Source of the DNA: Octopus vulgaris
Taxonomy: Eukaryota
DNA: 64,000 bases
Direction of reading: 5' to 3'
Assembly (NCBI GenBank): GCA_951406725.2
Contig: OX597817.1
Location: 144,336,001-144,400,000, forward strand
In this document: in pieces, positions 39,634 through 51,959 of the stretch
Numbering within the stretch: position 1 is the stretch's first letter
Layout: each line of letters opens with the position of its first letter
The notes under the pieces: model-generated
Databases searched by the model: none
Seen by the model: only the letters and a program-made list of their open reading frames with translations
Told to the model about the DNA's origin: nothing
Program-made: the position numbers and the translations under genes

Positions 39634-41610
39634 ATGAAATATATAATACTATATATGCTGAAATACTGTCAACAACAACACACCAACCTGACTGCCATCT
39701 CGTCGCTAGAGATTAAAAAACATAAACTCCAAAACAACATGATGTCTATCATCAATAGTCAGCGAAGAGCTGAAGAGGCCTGGGCCATTGAGAAGATCAA
39801 ACTCAATCCCAAAGTGTTCTTTTCATTTGCAAAAAAACACAGAGTCACTGGTTCTACTGTTGGCCCTCTGATTGATGAAAATGGTACTCTTCAAGACAAT
39901 GCCAAAACCATGGGAGAAATATTGCAGAAACAATATTGCTCTGTTTTCAGCAATCCTGATATGACTGATCTGGGCTGTATCAGTGATGTTACTCCCCAAT
40001 ACACTTTATCGGACATAACATTTGGCGCTCCTGATGTCTTAGCAGCAATAAAGGAAATGAAGCATAATTCAGCAGTAGGTCCCGATAGGTTCTCTGCTTG
40101 TGTCTTGAAGATGTGTCAAAACCAACTTGCACCCCCTCTAGCCAATCTGTGGCGGAACTCATTGGATGCTGGATATATACCAGAAGACCTTCTATCCCAG
40201 TCTGTTGTCCCAGTTTTCAAAAAAGGAAACAAATCGCTTGCCGTGAATTACCGTCCAATCTCACTCACCTCTCATATCATCAAGGTATTTGAGAGGGTGC
40301 TGAGATCGCGTATGACTCACTTCCTTGAGAGTCATAATATGCTGAACCCCAACCAGCATGGATTCCGTAATGGGAGAGATTGCCTGACGCAGCTACTGCA
40401 TCATTTTGATGACATTTTGAGAGCCTTGGGAGAGGGTTCCAACACTGATGTCATCTACCTTGATTTCAGCAAGGCCTTTGACAGGGTTGATCATAAGATC
40501 CTTCTGAGAAAGCTGTCCAATATTGGTGTCACTGGAAAGCTGCTGCAATGGATCAAGTGCTTCCTCTCTAACAGAACCCAACATGTTGTAGTCGAAGGAG
40601 TCAAATCCAGCCCAGCCAAAGTCAGCAGTGGTGTCCCACAAGGCACTGTGTTGGGCCCACTTCTCTTCATCATCTACATAAATGATATTACTGACACCAT
40701 CAAACACAGCAACATCAGAACCTTCGCTGATGATTCCAAGCTCCAGAAGGTCATCAATGGCGTGGATGACCGAATAAACCTTCAGTCAGACCTACTGGCT
40801 GTTGTCCAATGGGCGGAAAAGAATAACATGTTGCTAAATGAAGACAAATTCGAACTGATCCACTTTGGAAGGGAGGACGCTCTGAAACTCCCATACTCTC
40901 TTCCTTCTGGAGAAATTCTCATGGCATCCAACAACATCAGAGACCTGGGAGTAACAGTGGACAACAACATAAGCTGGGCTACACATATAAGCAGCAAAGT
41001 TGACATGGCCCGCAGAATGTGTTCCTGGATTCTCAGAACCTTCCAGTCGAGAGATTCCCACGCTATTATCCTTCTCTTCTCCACTTTTGCCCGACCCCAC
41101 CTTGAATACTGCTGTCCACTGTGGTCTCCCTACACAAAACAAAATATTATGAGAATTGAAGCTCCCCAAAGGTCAATCACAAAAAAGATAGATGGCATGT
41201 CAGACCTTGACTACTGGGGTAGACTAGAGAAGCTGAAATTGTATTCACTCCAACGACGCCGTGAACGCTACATTATCTGTATGATGTGGAAAATATTCCA
41301 TCAGCACTGTCCGAATGATGTTGGCATCACCTTCAAAATGCATCCAAGGCTTGGACCACGTGCCATCCGTCCACAACAAAAATCTAAATCGCATCACATA
41401 ACGACAATACGGCACAACTATTTCACCTCAATTGGACCCGCTCTCTTCAACATTACACCAGGACACGTCAAAAAAGAAACTGACCACACAAAATTCAAGA
41501 AGTCTTTGGACAAATTCCTTCAAACAGTACCGGACAAACCACCCACACCCGGATATGTCTCCGCAAACAATAACTCTCTGCTCGAATGGGCCTTGGTGCC
41601 CAAATCCTGA
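39634..41610 (+). CDS. Reverse transcriptase ORF of a 5'-truncated CR1-group LINE (no endonuclease domain; N-terminal Met probably from flank)
   Basis: 658 aa without stops: [70 protein letters not shown]. Confidence 0.93.
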   Translation: MKYIILYMLKYCQQQHTNLTAISSLEIKKHKLQNNMMSIINSQRRAEEAWAIEKIKLNPKVFFSFAKKHRVTGSTVGPLIDENGTLQDNAKTMGEILQKQYCSVFSNPDMTDLGCISDVTPQYTLSDITFGAPDVLAAIKEMKHNSAVGPDRFSACVLKMCQNQLAPPLANLWRNSLDAGYIPEDLLSQSVVPVFKKGNKSLAVNYRPISLTSHIIKVFERVLRSRMTHFLESHNMLNPNQHGFRNGRDCLTQLLHHFDDILRALGEGSNTDVIYLDFSKAFDRVDHKILLRKLSNIGVTGKLLQWIKCFLSNRTQHVVVEGVKSSPAKVSSGVPQGTVLGPLLFIIYINDITDTIKHSNIRTFADDSKLQKVINGVDDRINLQSDLLAVVQWAEKNNMLLNEDKFELIHFGREDALKLPYSLPSGEILMASNNIRDLGVTVDNNISWATHISSKVDMARRMCSWILRTFQSRDSHAIILLFSTFARPHLEYCCPLWSPYTKQNIMRIEAPQRSITKKIDGMSDLDYWGRLEKLKLYSLQRRRERYIICMMWKIFHQHCPNDVGITFKMHPRLGPRAIRPQQKSKSHHITTIRHNYFTSIGPALFNITPGHVKKETDHTKFKKSLDKFLQTVPDKPPTPGYVSANNNSLLEWALVPKS

Positions 41611-41685
41611 ACTGAAAGACTTCGCCAGGTGGTGCTATTAAGTTAGACATGGCCTGGGCCAATACTGGCCAAAAACCTTTCTAAG

Positions 41686-41686
<1 letters not shown>
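39660..41686 (+). mobile_element. CR1-group LINE copy (RT ORF plus ~75-nt 3' UTR) between (TA)n arrays
   Basis: ORF above; 3' UTR ends ...CCTTTCTAAGT directly into (TA)n. Confidence 0.9.
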
Positions 41687-41965
<279 letters not shown>

Positions 41966-42080
41966 TATGACCATATCACGTTGAAAGCACCGGTCCTCGT
42001 CCGATCACCGAAGTTAAGCAACATCGAGCCAAGTTAGTACTTAGATGAGTGACTGCTTAGCGAACCTAGGTGATGTAAAC
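41966..42080 (+). pseudogene. 5S rRNA-derived sequence (pseudogene or SINE3 head)
   Basis: GACCATATCACGTTGAAAGCACCGGTCCTCGTCCGATCACCGAAGTTAAGCAAC..GTTAGTACTTAGATGAGTGAC; 5' end lost, 3' half substituted. Confidence 0.9.
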
Positions 42081-42233
42081 ATTCCAATTTTTTTTCATGG
42101 TGGTGCTCCAGCATGACCACAATCACTGGCTAAAACACATAAAAAAACATAAATACTTTGCATGTACCATTCCTCGCTTTGTTGCTTTTCCTGTTGTCTT
42201 TTTTCTCCGCTTTTTAATTATATATATATAAAT

Positions 42234-42541
42234 AAATTATAATAAGGATATTCAATAATTACAACACCAGTCTGCTAGAAATAGACCCCCCCCCAAAAAA
42301 AAAGGTCTATGAACCACTTAGATTAATACTCCACTACACAAGGTTGTAAGGGTTTTCAATAATTCAAACCGTGAAATCTATAGATATGGGACTATCCAAA
42401 CTATTTTATAAATCCTCGCTGTCTATTTTCCTCGCTTACAACCTTGTGTAGTGGAGTAATAATCTAAATGGTTCATAGACCTTTTGGGGTCTATTTCTAG
42501 CAGACTGGTGTAGTAATTATTCAACACCCTTATTGTAATTT
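42234..42541. repeat. Fold-back element with ~110-bp inverted arms
   Basis: ACACCAGTCTGCTAGAAATAGACCCC..TACTCCACTACACAAGGTTGTAAG vs CTTACAACCTTGTGTAGTGGAGTA..GGGGTCTATTTCTAGCAGACTGGTGT. Confidence 0.9.
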
Positions 42542-42736
42542 TAATATAAATTAACCATTATGGTATTTTTAGTATGCTGGCCACTGATAAATCATTAAAT
42601 AATGATTTTATCCTACTTATGTATGTATATGTGTGTATATATATATGTGTGTGTGTGTGCACAGATCTACGTGCTTATACATATATATCACACAGACCAA
42701 CATAAACATGCATGCATACATACATACGTACATACA

Positions 42737-44300
42737 TTTGGCCAGAAGAAATGTTCATATTTGGTTATAGAACGAGGAAAATCAGTCCCCCACACCCAAA
42801 ACCTGTGCATCAACGGTCTCTCTATCTCCCCCATTCCACACAGAATATCACAAATACCTAAGCGTAGACGAAAATGTATCATATGAAGGCACTGAGACTA
42901 AAGATAGTGACCCGAGAACATTACACCAGACTTAGGAAAATATGGCAGTCGGAACTTTCCTCTTACTACAAAACAATATACCACAACGCATTTGCAGTAC
43001 CAGTGCAGGTCCCAACATTTGGGATACTTGATTGGTCTGTAGAGGAAATCCACTCCATAAATATCAAAACCCGCAAAAACTTGACAACAATTGGGAACTT
43101 CCACAGAAACAGTGATGTTGACAGTCTCTACCTAAGAAGAAATGAAGGTAGTAGAGGCCTGAGATCAGAGCAGACGGCCTTCGAATGCCATATGGTATCA
43201 CTCAGGCAGCACCTGCTAAACAACAGCAGCAACAATATATAAATGCAGTGCTGAAGAGTGAAGTGAGCAACATTGTACGAGTTGGCAGCGAACTCTTCAA
43301 GAAACACGCTCTTCCTGATGATCTCCTATACAGCCCCAAAACAGCTGGATTCTCTTACTTCAGAGAAGACCTGGATGGAAAACACTCAGCATACAAAACA
43401 AAAAAGACTATGCATGGGTATGTTGCCCGGATGCTTGAAGAAGACAGTAGAATTGACACGAAACGCAGCCTCTCTTGGACACAAGACCACTACATCACAT
43501 CATACTTTGAAAGCTATGCGTTTGCAATCAAGGAACAGGAAATTTCCACAAAGTACCTGGTAAGCAAGAGATACAGTGACGCTCTTGTAATCCCAAGGTG
43601 CAACCACGTGTAGGCTATGTCATGTTTCTGTGGCAGACATTACGCATATGATTAGCAGCTGTCCAAAAAATGTCAACACGGTACTACTTCTCAATGCGGC
43701 ACGATGTTGTTGCTAAAACAATTTACAATGCCATCCGCAAAAAAAGACTGTCCTGAAATAAACTTAGAAAATCCCTGTTATGGAATACATTCATAAACAC
43801 CAACTCAAGGAATACTGATGGAATATTCTCATCAAAACTTCTGTCAAATGTAAGCCTAACAGGCCGGATATTGTTGTTTAGGACAGAGGGGCAAAGGTAT
43901 GTACCATCATAGAGGCCAGCTGCCCTGCAGATATAAATATCTCTTTGAAAATCTATGGATATCTATGGAAAACTGCTTCGAAACCTCCAGCTTCTATATT
44001 CAGACTATGAATTCATATTCATATCAATAATAATTGGAGCACTAGGTTTTGTTAGTAAATGCTCAAAGGAGAATCGGGATGAACTGGGATTTTCTGAAAG
44101 AGAAATTGACCAGCTGATCCGTACATTACGAGTCCAATCTGTGAGTGGAACAGTAAAAATATGCAAGACATTTCTCGAGTTCCAAATGTGAATTAGTCTG
44201 TGATAACTACATCCCAAAGACGGAGCCTTGTATCTTTGTTGGAAACCGGCTCCCTTCTCAGTGGAAGATTTATAATAAGTTTTTTAAAAAATAGAAGAGA
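42737..44300 (+). mobile_element. R4/Dong-clade (RLE) non-LTR retrotransposon, 5'-truncated and frameshifted
   Basis: RKIWQSELS..K...NAFAVP..FGILDW..KTRK..HRNSDVD.LYL.R.EG.RGL; knuckle CRLC-X8-H-X4-C (~43610), RHD, NRPDIV...IIEASCP; flanked by (CATA)n. Confidence 0.9.
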
Positions 44301-44780
44301 TATACATACATACATACACAGATACCTAAAAGTGGGATTTCAAATTATTTCTGACTCTAAATATAGCATTTATTTTATATATTTTTTAAAATCTTTAAAA
44401 ATATATTTCTCATCTACGTTTACCTTCAGAAAACAAATACCACAATTTTTCGCAGAGCGATAAGTAAAGTGACCTTTACAGTCGATCGGTTTATTAAAAT
44501 TACAGCGAAACCTCTTTGAAATTCCACTTTACCATTTTGAAAATGGATGAAAATAATAGATAAAGTAATCCTGAATAATAATGTTGCTAAGTAAGACGAA
44601 ATGATCACGGTTTTGAACACTGGTTCGCCATAGAAAAATATTTTTGTCCGTGCGGACGTACGGACGTCATCGGAAAAAGACGGTTAGTGTAAAGCAACAT
44701 TGTATGTGTGTGTTTGCGTGTGCGCGTGCATAGTATGTATATTTGCATGTGTATGTATATGGGAATATATATTATATATA

Positions 44781-44878
44781 TCTTTATATATATAAAACTG
44801 AGAATGTGTCTGTCTGTCTGTCTGTCTGTCTGTGTGTTTCCCTAAAACTTGAGAACTACACAACCAATTTTTATGTGT

Positions 44879-44939
<61 letters not shown>

Positions 44940-45024
44940 TGTACATGTAATATGTACACATATATATACACATATATACATGCACTAGCACTATGAACCG
45001 GCAACGACGGGTCTTTAATGCTAG
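44781..45024 (+). mobile_element. Non-autonomous Helitron
   Basis: 5' TC(T)TTATATAT, (GTCT)n, 3' hairpin ACCGGCAACGACGGGT and CTAG|T end. Confidence 0.75.
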
Positions 45025-45736
45025 TATATATATATATATATATATGCGTGTATACAGACGCGCACACACAAGATATTAAAGATGGAGAATTATACATCCA
45101 GACAGTTTTATTATATTATTCATTATTACAGTCTCTTATACGGTATATTCTCTTTAAACCCCCTTTCGACGTATGTTTCTGTTACATGGATATCTTGTTA
45201 TGTGGAGTTCATTTGCATCCTGTTGAGTCGGCTGCATTAATATTTCATCCTGGTTAAACATATCCAAGCGGCTTTATTGAAGGCGTTGCCGTTAGCAGAG
45301 TTTAAAGTGAACTAATAATGTATAATGGTTTTGACAGACTTATGTTTTAGATAGATGGCATTTTGTGTTGATTGCAAGGGATAGTAGAGGTATTGAGGGA
45401 AAAATATGATACGACTATAAAATACTTTATCAATTTAAACCCAGGATGACTCTAATGTTTGGAAGTAGTGTCTAAAAAGGCTAAATACTAAACTAGGTCA
45501 GAGTATTTTTCGTCCACTAGCCTTGAGCGGAATGGATAGGTATAATTTCTGTGCGTCGCTAAGGCAGTTAGAACTTAAAATATAAGATAGAAAGAATTTG
45601 CTTCTAAAGCCAGTGGGTATAGTCCACAATATGGTAGATTACATCTAACTACAGTGAGATCAGAATTATTGCCTTGGTAAATCAACCTTTGATCTAATGT
45701 ATGTATATATGCATATCTATGTATATGTGCTATTAG

Positions 45737-46052
45737 TAACACGTAATTCGATGCAACTCGCTGCATGGTCGGGCTGTCGACGACTAAATCGGCAACTCTA
45801 CCAAGAAGGCTGGTTTTCGTTGGACACCCTAATGGATGAAAGAAAAAAGACCTGTCAAAGGGTGGATAAAATTCTGTAGAATCAACGGCCATCCAAGAGT
45901 TGGGAGCAAGATACCCCTTGTTCTTATTATGGCATCTCTCGAAGAAATGGAAAGCTCTGATGTAACACCTGCAATTTCGCTCGCATCCAATGATGTAGGC
46001 TGGTTCTACTCTTTTGGCAAAAGTCGTTTTGAGAGAGTGAGTGATCACATGT
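45737..46052 (+). mobile_element. RTE-like 5' UTR or non-autonomous element starting with an HDV-like ribozyme fold
   Basis: See finding at 45737-45792; GC-richer block in AT-rich context. Confidence 0.45.
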
Positions 46053-46599
46053 AAGACCTCTACTTACATCAAAAAGCTTCAGGTACAAGTGTCGCTTGAT
46101 TGTTAACTTATGTATCGCAACAACTGGGTTTTATTTTATCAACTTCGAGGCAATGTTCACTCTGACAGTATTGAAATTTAGGAGGCGGATTGATATAAAT
46201 GTTATGGAGAAAAGGGTCAGAAGCCATCATACTTTTATTTTTTACTTTTAAAATTCTAATTTTGGGGTTTTCTAATTATCTTTTCTTTCACAGGTGATTC
46301 ATTAGTCCCAAGAAAATAAGGTGTTAATAAGGTGACAAACTACTTTCTTTTCCATCTTTTATAATGCTGCTGAGGCATTAATTCTGTTAACTGTCTGCGC
46401 ATGTTTCAAAATGTTATAGCCCCAACATCCTTAGATATAAGTACTCACGAACGTTTGCATATGCAAGCAGTTTTCAGATATGTTTTTTAAGATACAGACC
46501 CCAAATATTTATGGGAGACTTATGGGAAAACCCTTTAAACCTGATAACAGAAAAAAATGTATATACGTACATATATTTACGTTTTAATTCATTTTTTTA

Positions 46600-47420
46600 A
46601 AATATAGCTAAATCATTTTGTACCAGACTAACAGATTAAAGAAGAAGCCTCTAGAATATCACGAAGAATCCGATCACATATGGCAGCCAAGTAACAAAAG
46701 TCTGCAGATTTAATGTCTGATGCTCAGAATTTTAATTTCCTCGCCATGTTAACGTTTGCAGAATTTAAATCTTTGTTTCATTAGAAATATTCGACGTATC
46801 AACAGCGGTATCAAATGGATTTGACACCCAGCTTGCTTTTTGGCTTTTTCTTCTTTTTTTTAGATATTTGTATTGCTCTGCACGAAAGTATTTTTCGGTA
46901 TTAAATTGTAAAAGACAAAGATTATGTGCGATATTATCTAAGATGCTGCTATATTTTTTTAAATCAGTATCTATCGTGGATGTCTGCATTTAAAGAAAAT
47001 TCCAGAAGTCTGTCTTCCTGACACCTTCTTTCCAAAGCGTTGGCAGATCCTCCATATCTTGATAATTTGAAAAAAAGACCTCGCCCTTTCGTTGAAGTAA
47101 TTAATTCGGCTATTCAAATATGGAAGTCATGTTATCCTATGTTACATGGCGTTCATATTTGAAGTCATATAATCCTGTGGTGATTTACTTTAAAACTTCG
47201 CAGAATCAGGTTTCGCATTGGTAATAAATATCGAGAATTTCAGTAAGAAGTTTGAAATCCCAAACTTGAAATCTCCCCTTTTTATGCTACTAAAGTGGAG
47301 GATTTAGCAACAATGCCGTGTATTCGGTATCCATTTCTTCACAAAGTCTCTAAAATATTCGGAACCGTTTTGAATGGATTTTTACACGATTTACACGCTT
47401 TACAGCATCATAAAATAGTT
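46600..47420 (-). mobile_element. hAT (Buster/Charlie-type) transposase remnant
   Basis: Minus strand VNRVK...RIF.RLCEEMDTEYTALLL; IAHNL..LQ...EKYF....WVSNPF. Confidence 0.7.
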
Positions 47421-47423
47421 TCT

Positions 47424-48120
47424 TAACCCCTTAACTGCCAAATTTTTCATTTATATTTTTTTGGCTTTGCTAAGTGTTTTAGGAGTTAAAGCATATTTAT
47501 CCTTTTCTAGTCAATTGCAATAATAAACATTTTAGTTTTTTTTTTTAACTATAGTGTCAAATACGAATGTGTATGAAATATCAATGAATGATATAGATGG
47601 CAAATGAAAAAAATAAAAGACGTTTTCAAAACAGTCAATATTTTTGAAGTTCAAAAATTGCGATTTATGACATAAAATGTCATCCAGAATTAGTCAGAGC
47701 TAATAATGACAAACTTTAACAACTAAATATTGTTAAACACACTTCTGCAAGTTCAATGTGAATAAGAAATTCACTTGAAATACAACGAAAAACGGGCAGT
47801 GAGACTGTTTTTAGCAGATCCCCAAATGGGGCTCATAATAGGCAATGGGTTAAGTTGACGCTTTTCCATTCCAACAATTAATTGTTTTGTTGCAATCAAT
47901 ATTTCCCTGTAAATAATGCAGAGAATTCTGATGCCTACGGGAGAAATGTGTTTCACTTGCATCCATAACAATTTACCGAATACTCATCGTTGCTGCAATC
48001 CTGTCAGTAGTCAGGAACGAATTTTTCTTCCAAAATTCGAGTTTTAACAATGAAATTATCAGTCGAGGCTACTGGAAAAAGCCTCACTAGTGTTTTTGTT
48101 TCTCCAATGTAAATATCTTT
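47424..48120 (-). mobile_element. Possible piggyBac-like remnant
   Basis: TTAA|CCCCTTAACTGCC terminus-like sequence; weak Cys-rich C-terminal traces; no partner TIR found. Confidence 0.25.
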
Positions 48121-48551
48121 TTCGTTGAGACCCAGGATTCGTAAGGCTGGTTACCCGTTTTCCATGGTGTACGAATGACTGAAATTACAACATTCACTTG
48201 AATGAGACGTCAGTCTGTTGCAGGGTTAAAGGGCCAGCAGGTTTTGGATTTTTTTGGGGGGCGGGGTGGGGGCAAGTCGGTCATATCAATCCCAGTACTT
48301 GGCCGGTTCTTTATTTTATCAACTCCGAAAGACAAAGTTGACGTCGGCAGAATTTAAACTCAAAAGTAAAGAGCCGGAAGAAATGAGGTTAAGCATTTTG
48401 TCTGGCGAGCTAACGATTCTACCAGTACACTTATGTTAATACAACCTAGTTAATGTGCATACATTGTGTATACAGTTCTATATTTAAGAGATGAGGAATT
48501 GTTTACATTATTTACATTTGACAGATATTTGTCCTCATCTTGTTTGTTGTT

Positions 48552-48597
48552 AACACAACATTTCGGCTAATATACCCTCCAGCATTCATCAGGTGTC
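48552..48597 (-). ncRNA. Minimal hammerhead-like motif (left arm)
   Basis: GACAC-CTGATGA-ATGCTG...TAGCC-GAAA-TG-TT-GTGTT. Confidence 0.55.
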
Positions 48598-48658
48598 TTG
48601 GAGAAATTTCGAACTTGGGTTCTCATTCCTAAAGTGTTTTTCGATGTTGTTGTTGTTG

Positions 48659-48727
<69 letters not shown>

Positions 48728-48833
48728 TCACTGCTTGTAATCGAACTCGGAATCTTGGGGTTAGTAGTCCGCGCTCTTAACTCCTAGATTCCGAGTTCGA
48801 TTACAGGCAGTGGCCTGAATAATAATAACAATA

Positions 48834-48875
<42 letters not shown>

Positions 48876-48948
48876 TAATAATAATAATAACAACAACAAC
48901 AACGAAAAATACTTTAGGAATGAGAACCCAGGTTCGAAATTTCCCCAA

Positions 48949-48994
48949 GACACCTGATGAATGCTGGAGGTTATATCAGCCGAAATGTTGTATT
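48949..48994 (+). ncRNA. Minimal hammerhead-like motif (right arm)
   Basis: GACAC-CTGATGA-ATGCTG...CAGCC-GAAA-TG-TT-GTATT. Confidence 0.55.
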
Positions 48995-49396
48995 AACAAA
49001 TAAGATGAGGACAAATATCCGTCAAATGTAAATAGTGCACATTGTGTATGTTGTCAAAAATGTCTGGAAACCGAAAGATGTAAACAATTGTTTATGTCTC
49101 TGCTTCCATCCATTCCTAAACCATAGAATGCGGCATTCCATAATTGGTACACGACATGTTCGTTGTAATTTTCTCACAAATCATTAACGCTTCATGTTAT
49201 TGTAATGCTTGTAATAAACAATAATGAGGTGCGATAATGTGGACATAAAACACTAGGAAAGAGTTCGGGAAGTGAGTTTCTGGTGCCGGGGTGAATGGAG
49301 GGTGTGTATACGGTTCTTACAAGTTTGGTAAATGAAATACAAGAAAAAAAAATCCAAGAGGCGTTCATGATTAATATTATTAGGTTAATGCTCAAA

Positions 49397-49710
49397 GGGA
49401 GACGCAATGGCCCAGTGGTTAGGGCAGCAGACTCGCGGTCGGAGGATCGCGGTTTCGATTCCCAGACCGGACGTTGTGTGTGTTTATTGAACGGAAACAC
49501 CTAAAAGTTCCACGAGGCTCCGGCAGATGGTGGTGGCGACCCCTGTTGTACTCTTTCGCCACAACTTTCTCTCACTCTTTCTTCCTGTTTCTTGAGTAAC
49601 GCTGCGATGGACTGGCGTCTCGTCCAGCTGGAGGGAACACATACGCCACAGAAACCGGAAAACCGGGCCCATGAGCCTGGCTAGGCTTGAAAAGGGCGAC
49701 GTTTATCGTT
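49397..49710 (+). mobile_element. tRNA(Arg-like)-headed SINE with V-domain-like tail
   Basis: Head as in 29272; tail GAGTAACGCTGCGATGGACTGGCG shared with the 25370 SINE. Confidence 0.85.
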
Positions 49711-49926
49711 TAATGCTCAATGGGAAAAAAGTTATTGAGTAAAAGTGTAATTATGGGACTTAATCCTTCGTCGGATACTAGAGGAAAGTTCAGGAGAGAT
49801 AAGCAAGAGAGGAAAGGAGATAAGAAAAGAAAGAGCCAGGGAAAATACACGTGAGTTAAATTCACGTGTTCGAATCTGACTATTACTAATATGATTGGTT
49901 CAAAACTCGCTTTATTGTCTGAAATA

Positions 49927-50589
49927 CAAGGTGTTCAGAAAGTCTCTCCGCAGTGAGTCTCAGCCTAGGAAGTGCTCACACGGCAGTAAAAAAGAAATTA
50001 AATTTTATGTATTGAAAATGAAGGACGACACTTTCAACACCTCTTATAAAGTTATTTAAAGTCTTGTAAAATCTATTAATATATTCTATTGTAATCTTAT
50101 ACCTATTTCTTTACTGCCCACAAGAGGCTACACACAGAGGGGACAAACAAGGACAGTCAAATGGATTAAGTCGATTATATCGACCCTAGTGCGTAACTGG
50201 TACTTATTTAATCGACCCCGAAAAGATGAAAGGCAAAGTCGACCTCGGCGGAATTTGAACTCAGAACGTAACAGCAGACGAAATACCTATTTCTTTACTA
50301 CCCACAAGGGGCTAAACACAGAGAGGACAAACAAGGACAGACAAACGGATTAAGTCGATTATATCGACTCCAGTGCGTAACTGGTACTTATTTAATCGAC
50401 CCCGAAAAGATGAAAGGCAAAGTCGACCTCGGCGGAATTTGAACTCAGAACGTAACAGCAGACGAAACACCGCTGAGCATTTCGCCCGGCGTGCTAACGT
50501 TTCTGCCAGCTCGCCGCCCTTTGTACCATCTTATAAATATTTATTTTGCAATAAAATACTTACCGCGGAGAGATTTTTTGAACACCCTG
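49927..50589 (+). mobile_element. Mariner-derived MITE with nested SINE
   Basis: TA|CAAGGTGTTCAGAAAGTCTCTCCGCAGT ... ACCGCGGAGAGATTTTTTGAACACCCTG|TA; retains transposase C-terminus CIENEGRHFQHLL*. Confidence 0.85.
50101..50518 (-). mobile_element. Nin/Deu SINE dimer
   Basis: Two units on the minus strand. Confidence 0.9.
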
Positions 50590-51888
50590 TATATTGCTAA
50601 CAAAAGTAATTTCGTCACACAAATGACCATTCTAGAAAATAGAGAGCCATCAGAAAATCCCGGTTTTCCGCCGAACAAACAATAAAATTGGTTTTGACAA
50701 TCTAACGAAATAGGCCAAAATCTGAAAATTTCATATTAGTCTTTGTTTCATAAAAACGAATTTCGAACATAAAAGAAACTTCTTTTCAAAACAGAAAATT
50801 AGTAACTTACTCTATTTTTCAAGTCTCGTGCGATTAAAACATAACGTTTGATTATTTCGAATAGCGCACAGTAAATTAATAATGAAACTTAATTGAAATG
50901 AATGAAATTATCCTATTCCATGTTTGTTTTTGCAAGCATATCTGTATTTGAAACATTAGCAGGGTCTCATTATAATATCATAGCGATTGTTGTAATCGTT
51001 TTTTGTTTTTTTTTTACCTAAAAATCTATGGAGGACAAGAATAGTAAGAGTTCACAAAATGAAATTTTTGTCAAAACAGATGTTTCTTTTTAATTTTTTC
51101 TTTCTTTTTGGTTTTGTAATAGTAATTATGTTATACCTAATTTTAACATTTCCGATCAAATTCCTCTCTTGTATAAAATACTGAGCGTCATTTCTGGACG
51201 TTCTGAGTTCAAATCCTCCTGAGATCAACTTTGCCTTTAACCTTTCGGGGTCAATAAAAAAATGAACTACCAGATAAATAAAATTAACAATCCTGTTCCC
51301 TGCAAAATTGCTGGACTGATGCCATTTTCGATCAAATTCCTTTCTTGTATAAAATACTGAGGGCCATTGCTGGCCTAATGCCTATATTTCGAATCAGTCG
51401 CGCCGGATAAAATGCTAAGTAGCATTTCTTTCAGCTGTTCGTTCTTTCGATGTTGATAGAATAAGTGCCAGTCAAGTACTGGGGTCGTTGTAATCGACTA
51501 GCCCCCCCCCCCCGCCTTCCTCAAAATGTTGGGCTTTGTCCCAGTAAAAGAAAAGACTATTATCTATATGTTTATGCATTTGTTTCGTAAGATTCTTGAT
51601 GTGAAATCGTGGATTTTGTTATATTTTGGGACGGTCATTTTGTTTTTGCCTAACAAACACACACACACACACTTTATATTCGTTCTTCACTTCAGATTTA
51701 TTATTGTTCTTATTTTACTGTCTTTCATCACACACTTGTGACCTCTTCAGCGACTCTCCATCCCACGTATCTCCTGTTCTGTTTAGTCCATTCTGTCTTA
51801 TAGTGTGTATCCTTACACGGATACACACCATAGTAGGACAGATTGGACTAAAATATAACATTATTATCATTATTATTATTATTATTAA

Positions 51889-51942
<54 letters not shown>

Positions 51943-51959
51943 CATTATTATTATTGTTC

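Larger units (their letters stand above)
48472..49038. mobile_element. tRNA-headed, hammerhead-containing fold-back element
   Basis: Arms 48509-48755 and 48786-49034; tRNA-like GTTAAGAGCGCGGACTACTAACCCCAAGATTCCGAGTTCGATT; flanking repeat ACATTGTGTAT at 48461 and 49039. Confidence 0.8.

Noticed and set aside
39634-41610. Host gene, retron or domesticated RT
   Set aside because: Typical 5'-truncated LINE ORF2 with its 3' UTR; the start codon lies in AT-rich junction sequence
41966-42080. Functional 5S rRNA gene
   Set aside because: 5' nucleotides replaced by (TA)n, substitutions in the box C region and 3' stem, not in a tandem array
49397-49470. Functional tRNA genes (also 25370, 29200, 57260, 63510)
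   Set aside because: SINE heads that continue into SINE bodies and lack a proper acceptor stem
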